From contig CANRKG010000005.1 in the NCBI GenBank assembly GCA_947631155.1, forward strand, positions 629 through 64,628: a stretch of 64,000 nt of DNA. The letters are read 5' to 3'. Below are positions 54,885 to 63,622 of this stretch, in pieces; position 1 is the first letter of the stretch, and every line of letters starts with the position of its first letter. This DNA comes from an uncultured Bacilli bacterium. GTDB lineage: Bacteria; Bacillota_I; Bacilli_A; RF39; UBA660. Below the pieces are notes generated by a model, which saw only the letters and a program-made list of their open reading frames with translations, made no database searches and had not been told where the DNA came from. Both the position numbers and the translations under genes were made by a program.

Positions 54885-56894
54885 ATGCCAATTTTTAGTA
54901 ACGAAGATAAAGATGCTAAGAAAAAAGGTCTTTCTAATGAAAATATAGATAAAGATAAAAAAAATATCTATCAAGCAGAAAAAAATGACCATAAAGCAGA
55001 AAAAAATGATTCAAAAAACAAAAATGATAAAAATAATGAATCAAATAAAAAAGCAGCAAAAACTGCTGCTAAAGGAGCTGCTAATGCTGCATTTGGACCA
55101 ATGGGTGGTAAAGCCGTTGATGCTATTTCTAAAACCAAAGCAGGAGATAAACTTTTAAATAAAGGTGGAGAATTACTAGGAAAAATTCCTGGTATATCTA
55201 AAGCTACTAAAAAATTAGATGATAGCGGAGCTTTAGATGCAGCTGATAAAGGAATGTCTGCAATGGGTGGAGGAGCAACTCCTGGAGTTGGAGCTACTAA
55301 TAATGCTGCTCAACAACAAGCTTCAACCAATGATGCGCCTGGTTTTTCAGGCTTTGGAAAAGGAAATTCTAAAAATAAAGGAGGTTTAGGTAAACCTTCT
55401 TCTTTGGATGGAGATAATTTAGAAAACCCTGATCAAATTGATAATAATGATAAACAAGGTGAAGGAGATTTTTCTGCTAATCTTTCAGGAACAGGATTTT
55501 TGCCTGGGGGAAAAAAAACATTACTCATTATTGGAGTAGTTTGTTTTATATTTTTATTTATGAGTGGTGGTATTCTTACTTCGATTGGTTCGGCAGATAA
55601 TAATGATGCTAAAAATGATATTGGAAATCCTGATAGGAAAGGTGCTAAAGGTACTAAATATGAAAGCCAAATAATAGATAATCCTAATAGTTCAGTAAAT
55701 GCAGGAGGAATTTGTACTTATGATATTAAAGGATCGACCAATGGTGTAAGTGTAACTAATTTTAATGAACAAGTTACAGATATAAAAGTTAGATTGATGC
55801 ATTCTAGTTTCTGTGATGGTACCGATAATGTTCCTATTGAAGGAGAGTCTTTAATTGATTTTGAAACTTATATTTTAGGAGTAGTTTATGCTGAAGTTGG
55901 TGGAGGTATGAATGAAGCTGAAGCTAAAACTCAAGCTATTGCGGCTAGAAGTTTTATTTTAGATCGTGCTATTAGAGGCGTCAATAAAGCTAATGGTGTA
56001 AAATTGGAAAATGAAGATGGACAGTGGGTATTACAAGTTCGAAATTGTGTTGCTGATCAAGTTTTTTGTAATCCAGATCAAGGTTGTTCTAAAAGAGGTG
56101 CTTCAGATAATCAATATCAAGATGTGTATTCAGGTATAAATAACATAATAACTTATAAGCCACCATTATCTCAAAATGCAAAATCTCGTCAATGGGTTGC
56201 AGAGACCACCGGGCAACTTCTTGTTAATAATAGTGGTTATATTGTAGGAACTAATTATGCATCTTCTAGGCAAAAAGAATGGAGAACTTGGGGTGCAATT
56301 TTAGATTATAAACAAGTCTTGTTGCAGTCTTATGGCTCTAATAAAGATATATATACAGCAAATTGCTCAGGAGGAGCAACTTCTACTGGTGATTATACTA
56401 CTTGGAAACAATATGGGGCTCCGTGGTCATCTATAACTTTAGGTAATAGTAGTGCTACTATCAATAATGCTGGTTGTTTAGCTACATCTATATCAATGTT
56501 AATTGCTAAATCTGGTGTAGCTACCTCTGTAGAAGGTGAATTTAATCCAGGTACTTTTGTTCAACAATTAAATAAGAGTGGGGGATTTGATGGAAGAGGT
56601 AATTTACAGTGGAATGTTGTTAGTAGTGCCGCTCCTAATTTTAAATATCAAGGAAAAATTAATGTTGCAAATGATTCTAGAAAAAATAAATTAGCAAGTA
56701 TTCAATCATTATTGAATTCAGGATATTATGTGGTTGCTGAAGTAAAAGGTAATACAGGACAACACTGGGTAGCTATTGATTCTGTTAATGGTGATACTGT
56801 TAATATGTTTGATCCTGCTAGTACTTCAACTAATATGTGGCAGCAATATAATTGGAAAAACACTAGTCGTTTAGCTTATTTTAAAGTAGTATAA
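54885..56894 (+). CDS. T4SS-associated cell-wall hydrolase: low-complexity N-terminus, TM, SpoIID-like domain, papain-fold Cys peptidase (C39/CHAP-like) domain
   Basis: YILGVVYAEVGGGMNEAEAKTQAIAARSFILDR (SpoIID/LytB pattern). C-terminal NNAGCLATSISML (Cys), GQHWVAIDSV (His) and MFDPAS (Asp). Confidence 0.7.
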   Translation: MPIFSNEDKDAKKKGLSNENIDKDKKNIYQAEKNDHKAEKNDSKNKNDKNNESNKKAAKTAAKGAANAAFGPMGGKAVDAISKTKAGDKLLNKGGELLGKIPGISKATKKLDDSGALDAADKGMSAMGGGATPGVGATNNAAQQQASTNDAPGFSGFGKGNSKNKGGLGKPSSLDGDNLENPDQIDNNDKQGEGDFSANLSGTGFLPGGKKTLLIIGVVCFIFLFMSGGILTSIGSADNNDAKNDIGNPDRKGAKGTKYESQIIDNPNSSVNAGGICTYDIKGSTNGVSVTNFNEQVTDIKVRLMHSSFCDGTDNVPIEGESLIDFETYILGVVYAEVGGGMNEAEAKTQAIAARSFILDRAIRGVNKANGVKLENEDGQWVLQVRNCVADQVFCNPDQGCSKRGASDNQYQDVYSGINNIITYKPPLSQNAKSRQWVAETTGQLLVNNSGYIVGTNYASSRQKEWRTWGAILDYKQVLLQSYGSNKDIYTANCSGGATSTGDYTTWKQYGAPWSSITLGNSSATINNAGCLATSISMLIAKSGVATSVEGEFNPGTFVQQLNKSGGFDGRGNLQWNVVSSAAPNFKYQGKINVANDSRKNKLASIQSLLNSGYYVVAEVKGNTGQHWVAIDSVNGDTVNMFDPASTSTNMWQQYNWKNTSRLAYFKVV

Positions 56895-56907
56895 AATGGA
56901 GGTTTAT

Positions 56908-57690
56908 ATGAAAAAATCCAACAAATCAATTATAATTTTTATAGTTTTATTAATTGTTCTTTCAACTATTTTTATGTTAACTATTGGAGTTAAGTTAATA
57001 AAAGATAATAAAAATAAAGATGTAATTATTGTAGGTAATGAGGCTATTTTTGAAAAACAAGATAATAAATGGGTTAATGTTTCATTTGCAAAGATAAATA
57101 ACTATAATTGGAAAAAATATTATACTTATATCGATAATCAATATTATGGCTATTATAGTTTATATAATAATGAAAAATGGTATTTATTTAAAGATAAAAA
57201 TCAAGCTGTTAATTATAATGGTGATTTATTAGCTTTAAATGGTGAGACTAGATATAAGGTTGTACAATTTAATTTACATGATATTGAAAATAAAGATTAT
57301 ATAACAAAAGTATTAAATGATAATAATATAAAAGATCACTCAGAACTTTCTAGTAGTTCTGTTGTATATGTTGATATAGATAATGATGGTGAAAAAGAGC
57401 CAATTTATACTATTAGTAACAAATTTTCTATGGAAGATGTTGGTAATACATATTTTAGTTTTATTTTTATGGTAAAGAATGATAAAATTATTTATTTATA
57501 TAAAAAATTAGAAAAAGATTTGGATAGTTCTTATAGTGGTTGTAAGCCATATATCAATAGTATTTTAGATGTAGATGAAGATGATCAATATGAAATTATT
57601 TTAAGTTGTGGATATTATAGTAATAATGGAATTAGACATAGCTTATATAAATTTAAAGAAGGTGTGTTTAAATTACTTGTTTCTAACTAG
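56908..57690 (+). CDS. Hypothetical membrane-anchored extracytoplasmic protein
   Basis: TM segment IIIFIVLLIVLSTIFMLTIGV. Two D-x-D-x-D-G/E-like acidic loops (DIDNDGEKEP, LDVDEDDQYE). ATG 56908 lies 5 nt after GGAGG. Confidence 0.55.
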   Translation: MKKSNKSIIIFIVLLIVLSTIFMLTIGVKLIKDNKNKDVIIVGNEAIFEKQDNKWVNVSFAKINNYNWKKYYTYIDNQYYGYYSLYNNEKWYLFKDKNQAVNYNGDLLALNGETRYKVVQFNLHDIENKDYITKVLNDNNIKDHSELSSSSVVYVDIDNDGEKEPIYTISNKFSMEDVGNTYFSFIFMVKNDKIIYLYKKLEKDLDSSYSGCKPYINSILDVDEDDQYEIILSCGYYSNNGIRHSLYKFKEGVFKLLVSN

Positions 57691-57731
57691 CTTTAAGTGA
57701 TATAATAAAAAAGAAAGAGAGAAGGTATTTT

Positions 57732-59894
57732 ATGAAACTTAAATTTACAGCTGACTCAGAAGATTTAACAATATTTATAATATTTGCTATTTTCTTATTA
57801 TATATAATATCAATAGGTGTAGTTAATTTAGCCTCCTTAGCAGAAAATGGTCATTTATCTGGATTAAATCCTTTTCCTGCTTTTTCAAAAGAATATATTA
57901 CATCTACTTTAGTATTTTACTTTATATCATTATTAGGATTAATTATTAGTGTTAGTTCTAGATTCTTTGAGATGGAAAAGGGAATTGGACTTAGTACTCA
58001 AAAGAAGAATAAAGGATATAGTCGTTGGGCTAAAGAAAAAGAGATGAAAGAAGAGTTATCTATGTTAACTCCACTTCAAAAAAAATCATCTGTTGCTGGT
58101 GTGCCACTTATCTTAAAAGAAAATGAAGCTTGGGTTGATAATGGTGAATATCATACTCTAGTAATTGGTGCTACTGGTAGTGGTAAAACACAAACAGTTA
58201 TTAAACCAACAGTAAAATTTTTAGCCAAGAAGGGTGAAAGTATTATTATTACTGACCCTAAAGGAGAAATTTATGAAGAAACAGCTGAAATGTTACGTGC
58301 TAGAGGATATCAGATTTTACTTCTAAACTTCCGAGATCCTCAAAATGGTAATGCTTGGAATCCTATGTCATTGCCTTATAAAGTTTACAAGAGTGGAAAA
58401 CAAGATAAAGCCATTGAGTTACTAGATGACTTAGCTTTAAATATCTTATATGATGAATCTAATGCCAATGCAGATCCGTTTTGGGAAAAAACTTCAGCCG
58501 ATTATTTTTCAGGACTTGCTTTAGGTTTATTTGAAGATGCCAAAGAAGAAGAAATAAATATAAATAGTATAAACTTGATGAGTACAGTGGGTGAAGATAA
58601 ATTTGGTGGTTCTACATATATTAAAGAATATTTTGGATTTAAAGATCCAGGAAGTGCCGCTGCTATAAATGCTTTTGGTACTATTACAGCACCAAGCGAA
58701 ACTAAAGGTTCAATTTTATCTGTATTTAAACAAAAAGTTAAATTATTTGCTTCACGTGAAAATTTAAGTGAGATGTTATCTTATAGTGATATTGATTTAG
58801 AATCAATTGGAAAAAGAAAAACAGCAGTGTTTATTGTTATTCAAGATGAAAAGAAAACTTACCACTCATTAGTTACTATTTTATTAAAACAAATTTATGA
58901 AACATTGATTGATGTTGCTCAAAAATGTGGTGGTAAACTTCCTATTCGTACTAATTTCTTATTAGATGAGTTTGCTAATATGCCACCATTAAAAGATGTA
59001 ACAACAATGATTACGGCAGCTCGTTCTCGTCAAATTAGATTTACTATGATTGTACAAAATTATGCGCAATTGAATAAAGTTTATGGAAAAGAAAATGCTG
59101 AAACTATCAAAGGAAATTGTGGAAATATTATTTACTTAATTAGTACAGAGCTAGCAGCTTTAGAAGAAATCTCTAAATTATGTGGTGAGGTTAAGAGTAA
59201 AAAAGATGATAAAACAGCTTCAACACCACTTGTCACTGTTTCTGATTTACAACGAATGGGACAATTTGAAACAATTATTTTACGTTTAAGAAAACAACCT
59301 TTCAAAACAAAAATGACACCAGATTTTAAAATAGATTGGGGTTATAAATATCCTAAAGCTACTTATCCTCATAGAGAAAAGAAAGATATTCATATGTTTG
59401 ATATTAAAGAATTTGTTAAAGGGGAAAAGAAGAAAAAGTTATTAGAAATGATGAATTCAACAGATGAACAACCTGGATTTGCACAAATGCCTCCAAATCC
59501 TTTTGGTATGCCGATGATGGATGGTAATAGAAGAGTACCAAATCCTAATAATCCATTCGCAGCTAATCAAGGCTTTAATCCATTTTCTTCTGATCCGTTT
59601 GGTAAACCAGCTGAACCAAGACAACAACTTGTTAATGATGATGATTCTAGTAATGAAGAGTTTAATGTCGATGAGTTAGTAAAGAAAATAGATGCCAAGA
59701 TTGCTGAATTAGAAAAAGAAGAACAACGAAATAAAGAATTGGAAGAGAAGAAAAAGGCGGAAAGTAAAACTGAAATTATTGGAGATAAGGAATCTGAAAT
59801 TGTTCATAAAGATAAAGTTATTGTTCAAAATTTAGATTTAGAAGATGATGATGACGATGATGATGAATTTTTTGATGATTTCTTTGATAATTAA
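57732..59894 (+). CDS. VirD4/TraG-type type IV coupling protein with P/N-rich and poly-Asp C-terminal tail
   Basis: Two N-terminal TM segments, Walker A GATGSGKTQ, Walker B NFLLDEFANM and RFTMIVQNYAQL motif. Confidence 0.85.
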   Translation: MKLKFTADSEDLTIFIIFAIFLLYIISIGVVNLASLAENGHLSGLNPFPAFSKEYITSTLVFYFISLLGLIISVSSRFFEMEKGIGLSTQKKNKGYSRWAKEKEMKEELSMLTPLQKKSSVAGVPLILKENEAWVDNGEYHTLVIGATGSGKTQTVIKPTVKFLAKKGESIIITDPKGEIYEETAEMLRARGYQILLLNFRDPQNGNAWNPMSLPYKVYKSGKQDKAIELLDDLALNILYDESNANADPFWEKTSADYFSGLALGLFEDAKEEEININSINLMSTVGEDKFGGSTYIKEYFGFKDPGSAAAINAFGTITAPSETKGSILSVFKQKVKLFASRENLSEMLSYSDIDLESIGKRKTAVFIVIQDEKKTYHSLVTILLKQIYETLIDVAQKCGGKLPIRTNFLLDEFANMPPLKDVTTMITAARSRQIRFTMIVQNYAQLNKVYGKENAETIKGNCGNIIYLISTELAALEEISKLCGEVKSKKDDKTASTPLVTVSDLQRMGQFETIILRLRKQPFKTKMTPDFKIDWGYKYPKATYPHREKKDIHMFDIKEFVKGEKKKKLLEMMNSTDEQPGFAQMPPNPFGMPMMDGNRRVPNPNNPFAANQGFNPFSSDPFGKPAEPRQQLVNDDDSSNEEFNVDELVKKIDAKIAELEKEEQRNKELEEKKKAESKTEIIGDKESEIVHKDKVIVQNLDLEDDDDDDDEFFDDFFDN

Positions 59895-59917
59895 TTATAA
59901 AAGAAAGAGGTATTTAT

Positions 59918-61219
59918 ATGGTGAAGAATTTAGGTCCTAATAATAACCGATATAAGGATATACAACAAAAACTTAATGATAGTGAGAAAACAGAAGAATT
60001 AGATGCACAAATCGAAGAAGATGATTCTGAAGATATTGAAGTAGAAATAAAGAAAAATGAAAAATTAGCAAAAAAACAGTTTAGAGATAGATTGGTAAAA
60101 ATGATGTTTATTATTATTTTTGTAGTAGTAATAATTTTAGTTATAGGTTTTATTGTTTCGTTAGTTTCTAAGAAAGATTACACCTATACAGAAGTTGAAA
60201 ATATTCTTACTTCAGCTGCTAAATCATATTTTTCTGATCATAAATCTAAATTACCCGCAACTACATCACAAAAAGTAGAAATTAGTGATACTGTTTTAAC
60301 TGCGGGAGAATATATGAAACCTATCTCAGATTATATTAGCTCAGATACATGTAGTGGTAAAGTTCTTGTCCAAAAATCTGATGAAGAAGGATACTATTAT
60401 ATTGCTTATTTAGACTGTGGTGAAAATTATCAAACAATTGAATTATACAAAAAAATAGTTAATAATAAAAATATTGTCACTGATGGTTATGGACTTTATG
60501 CTTTAAATGATGGGTATGCTTATAGAGGAAAAGAAGTAAATAATTATGTTAAATTTTCTGATTCAGATTTATTATGGCGAATTATAAAAATTAATTCATC
60601 TAATGAAATGACTTTATTATCAGATGATACAACTATAAATGGTTTTACTTGGGATGATCGTTATAATAATTTAACAGAAACAAATTCAGGTATTAATAAA
60701 TATAAAAATAGTGAAATTAGTATATTTATTGATAAAATATATCACAATAATTTAGATGATGACTCAGATGATTCATATTATTTTAATGAAGAGTCTTTTG
60801 TCTTTTCTAAAAAAACCAAGGCAAAAATGCTAACATTTAAAGCATGTGTAGGAAATAGAAGTACTTCTGATACTACTCGTGATGGAAGTGCTGAATGTTC
60901 TGAAGTTGTTGATACTAAAGTCTCTTTATTACCAGTTTATGACTTTATAAATGCTAGTTTAGATCCTAATTGTACAACTGCTATTGCTCCAGATTGTCAA
61001 AATTACAATTATTTATCTCTTAATAACAGAAGTAGTTATTGGTTAGCTAATGGAGTTACTGAGAATACTTACCGTGTTTATGGTGTTGATGAAAGTGGCT
61101 ATATAACTGAACATTATGCTAATAATTTAAAAAGATTAAAATTAGTAATTCATCTGGGAGATGATGTAATGGTAGAATCAGGGAAAGGTACAAAGAAAAA
61201 TCCATATATTATTAGATAA
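59918..61219 (+). CDS. N-terminally anchored surface protein, paralogue of 37255 (pilin-like head plus one ~190-aa module)
   Basis: AAKSYFSDHKSKLPATTSQKVEISDTVLTAGEYM...YYYIAYLDCG aligns with the 37255 head (..YYVYLDCG). The module YVKFSDSDLLWRIIKINS... ends in GKGTKKNPYIIR. Confidence 0.65.
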   Translation: MVKNLGPNNNRYKDIQQKLNDSEKTEELDAQIEEDDSEDIEVEIKKNEKLAKKQFRDRLVKMMFIIIFVVVIILVIGFIVSLVSKKDYTYTEVENILTSAAKSYFSDHKSKLPATTSQKVEISDTVLTAGEYMKPISDYISSDTCSGKVLVQKSDEEGYYYIAYLDCGENYQTIELYKKIVNNKNIVTDGYGLYALNDGYAYRGKEVNNYVKFSDSDLLWRIIKINSSNEMTLLSDDTTINGFTWDDRYNNLTETNSGINKYKNSEISIFIDKIYHNNLDDDSDDSYYFNEESFVFSKKTKAKMLTFKACVGNRSTSDTTRDGSAECSEVVDTKVSLLPVYDFINASLDPNCTTAIAPDCQNYNYLSLNNRSSYWLANGVTENTYRVYGVDESGYITEHYANNLKRLKLVIHLGDDVMVESGKGTKKNPYIIR

Positions 61220-61251
61220 GTAATCTATAATTATTTAGATTACTTTTTTTT
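61218..61251 (+). terminator. Rho-independent terminator closing the cluster
   Basis: 10-bp stem aagtaatcta/tagattactt, 8-nt loop, then a T-run. Confidence 0.75.
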
Positions 61252-61276
61252 CATATATTATATTGAGGTGTAATAT

Positions 61277-61576
61277 ATGTATAAACAGATAGATACATAT
61301 GAATTAAATGATTTATTGGATGAAAAAGCACTTAATTTAATAGATATTAGAGAAAATTATAAGTTTCTCCAAGGAACTATTGCTGATGCTAAAAATATTC
61401 CAATTAATTATTTATTAACAAATCCTAGTATGTATTTAAATAAAACAGATGAATATTATATTTTTTGTCATTATGGAACCGCAAGTACAAAAATATGTGA
61501 AATCTTATCAAAACAAGGATATAAGGTTGTTAATGTAATAGGTGGTTACAGTAGTTATGTAGAAGATAGTAAATAA
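61277..61576 (+). CDS. Single-domain rhodanese-like protein
   Basis: 99 aa with LIDIRE...G.I..A.NIP and active-site loop FCHYGTAS. Confidence 0.75.
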   Translation: MYKQIDTYELNDLLDEKALNLIDIRENYKFLQGTIADAKNIPINYLLTNPSMYLNKTDEYYIFCHYGTASTKICEILSKQGYKVVNVIGGYSSYVEDSK

Positions 61577-61639
61577 TTTTACTATCTTTTTCTTTTAAAA
61601 CCTATTTATTTATACTATAATAATAATAAGGTGATTAAC

Positions 61640-62209
61640 ATGGAAACAGTAAACGATATAGTTGAATACTTAACCTTATTATTGCAACAGGGTGGTTTTC
61701 TTTGTGGAATTTTATTAATTCTTTTAGAATCAATCATACCTGCTTTGCCATTAGGAGTATTTATTGCCTTAAATATTAATGCTTTTGGATTAATTATCGG
61801 TATTACTATTTCTTGGTTGGCTACTTGTTTAGGTTGTTATTTATCCTTTTTATTTTTTTATTTTTTATCTAATCGTTTTATCAAGAAAGAAACCAAAAAT
61901 GAAAAATTAGCTAAAATAAAAAGAAAAATGAAAACAATAGATTTTTCTAGATTAGTAGTAATTATTGCTTTACCATTTACACCAGCTTTTTTAATTAATA
62001 TCGCTTGTGGACTTGTGAAAATGAATAAAAGAAAATTTTTATTAGCTCTTTTAATAGGTAAAATTCCTATGGTTATTTTTTGGGGATGTATAGGAAAAAG
62101 TCTATTAGAAAGTATTACAGATATAAAGACAATTATTATTATTTCAGTAATGGTTATAATTGTTTATTTTATATCTAAAATAGTAAGTAAAAAAATGAAG
62201 ATAGAATAG
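61640..62209 (+). CDS. TVP38/TMEM64 (DedA-related) family membrane protein
   Basis: Multi-TM layout with a central basic loop and PFTPAFLINIACG motif. ATG 61640 follows AAGGTGA. Confidence 0.7.
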   Translation: METVNDIVEYLTLLLQQGGFLCGILLILLESIIPALPLGVFIALNINAFGLIIGITISWLATCLGCYLSFLFFYFLSNRFIKKETKNEKLAKIKRKMKTIDFSRLVVIIALPFTPAFLINIACGLVKMNKRKFLLALLIGKIPMVIFWGCIGKSLLESITDIKTIIIISVMVIIVYFISKIVSKKMKIE

Positions 62210-62247
62210 TTACTTAAACTATACTGTATTTTGAGGAGGTAAATAAG

Positions 62248-63321
62248 ATGGATTACATTATAATAGGTCTTTTAATAATTAATTTAGTATTAATAGTAGT
62301 TTCATTATTTAAAAATATTAATGAATCTAATATTACAGAAAGATTAGGTAAATTAGAAGTAGAAATGATTAAGGAGTTAGGTAATTTTAAATCTGATCTT
62401 ACTAAAAATATGAGTGATGATTTTACTAAATTAAATGAACAAGTAGAAAGACGTTTACTCGCTATTAATGAGAAAGTTAATGAACGATTAGATCAAAATT
62501 TTGATAAAACTAACAAAACTTTTATGTCAGTAATTGAACGACTTAGTAAAATAGATGAAGCTCAAAAAAAGATAGAAACTTTATCAACTGATATTGTGTC
62601 GTTACAAAGTATTTTAACTGATAAAAAGAGTAGAGGTATTTTTGGAGAAGTTAATTTAAAACATATTTTAGCAAGCGTTTTTGGTGAAAAGAATGATTCT
62701 ATTTATAGAATGCAATATACATTTAGTAATAAGTATATAGCTGATTCAGTTTTATTTGCTCCAGAGCCATTAGGAACAATCGCTATTGATTCTAAATTTC
62801 CTTTAGAAAATTATCAAACTATGGTGGATAAAAACCTTTCTCCAACAGAAAGAGAAAAATATGAAAAGTTATTTAAATTAGATGTAAAAAAACATATTGA
62901 TGCTATAAGTGAAAAGTATATTATTCCTTCTGAAACCAGTGATCAAGCAATTATGTTTTTACCAGCTGAAGCAATTTTTGCGGAAATAAATGCATATCAT
63001 CCAGATATTATTGAATATGCTTATAAAAAACGTGTCTGGATTACTTCACCAACTACTTTAATTTCTACATTAACTGTAATTCAAATGTTATTAAAGAATA
63101 TTGAACGAGATAAATATAGTACAATTATTCATAAAGAACTTAATAAATTAGGTATTGAATTTTCTAGATACAAAGAAAGATGGGATAAATTATCTCGTAG
63201 CATTCAGGCTGTTAATAAAGATGTTGAAAATGTATCTATTACAACTGAAAAAATCAGTAAAAAATTTGCTTCTATTAATCAAGTTGAAGTAGAAACTATT
63301 GAAAATAAAGAAGAGTCTTAA
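62248..63321 (+). CDS. rmuC: DNA recombination protein RmuC
   Basis: N-terminal TM segment, long coiled coil, and C-terminal nuclease-like core (GIFGEVNL..., AIDSKFPLE, MFLPAEAIF). Confidence 0.85.
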   Translation: MDYIIIGLLIINLVLIVVSLFKNINESNITERLGKLEVEMIKELGNFKSDLTKNMSDDFTKLNEQVERRLLAINEKVNERLDQNFDKTNKTFMSVIERLSKIDEAQKKIETLSTDIVSLQSILTDKKSRGIFGEVNLKHILASVFGEKNDSIYRMQYTFSNKYIADSVLFAPEPLGTIAIDSKFPLENYQTMVDKNLSPTEREKYEKLFKLDVKKHIDAISEKYIIPSETSDQAIMFLPAEAIFAEINAYHPDIIEYAYKKRVWITSPTTLISTLTVIQMLLKNIERDKYSTIIHKELNKLGIEFSRYKERWDKLSRSIQAVNKDVENVSITTEKISKKFASINQVEVETIENKEES

Positions 63322-63333
63322 CTCTTTTTTTTT
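63311..63333 (+). terminator. Terminator after rmuC
   Basis: aagagt/actctt stem, 4-nt loop containing the stop codon, T-run. Confidence 0.55.
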
Positions 63334-63400
63334 GTATAATAAAAAAAATAATCTGTATACTATAATTAGATATTTCATAAATATAAGTAGAGGAGTTAAA

Positions 63401-63622
63401 ATGTTAACTAGAATATTTTTCTTTTTACTTGGTTTTATTTTAATTGTTATTGGATTTATGTATATGATTATCTATCTTAACTTATTAAGTTTTGGTTATA
63501 CTATTAAAGAATACTTTTTATTTATATTAACTAGGTATGAATGTTTATCTTCAATACTTGGTTTTATTATCGTATTATTGACAGTATGCGGGAAGGAGAA
63601 AAAGCATGTTAAACGTATATGA
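63401..63622 (+). CDS. Small two-TM membrane protein
   Basis: ATG 63401 follows AGGAG. MLTRIFFFLLGFILIVIGFMYMIIYL... The 63299 start in the track lies in the terminator region and is unlikely. Confidence 0.5.
   Translation: MLTRIFFFLLGFILIVIGFMYMIIYLNLLSFGYTIKEYFLFILTRYECLSSILGFIIVLLTVCGKEKKHVKRI

Noticed and set aside
55506-55518. G5A8 homopolymer run inside the hydrolase gene, considered as a phase-variation switch.
   Set aside because: A-runs of this length are common throughout this A/T-rich window. There is no evidence of variability from a single sequence.
35680-61251. Interpretation of the cluster as a standard ICE, conjugative plasmid segment or prophage.
   Set aside because: The window contains no integrase or recombinase, relaxase, replication or partition gene. 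It has no phage structural, terminase or portal genes, no obvious flanking direct repeats and no tRNA target. This is not fully excluded, because a relaxase or integrase could be encoded elsewhere, so it is kept as the main refutation test for finding 1.
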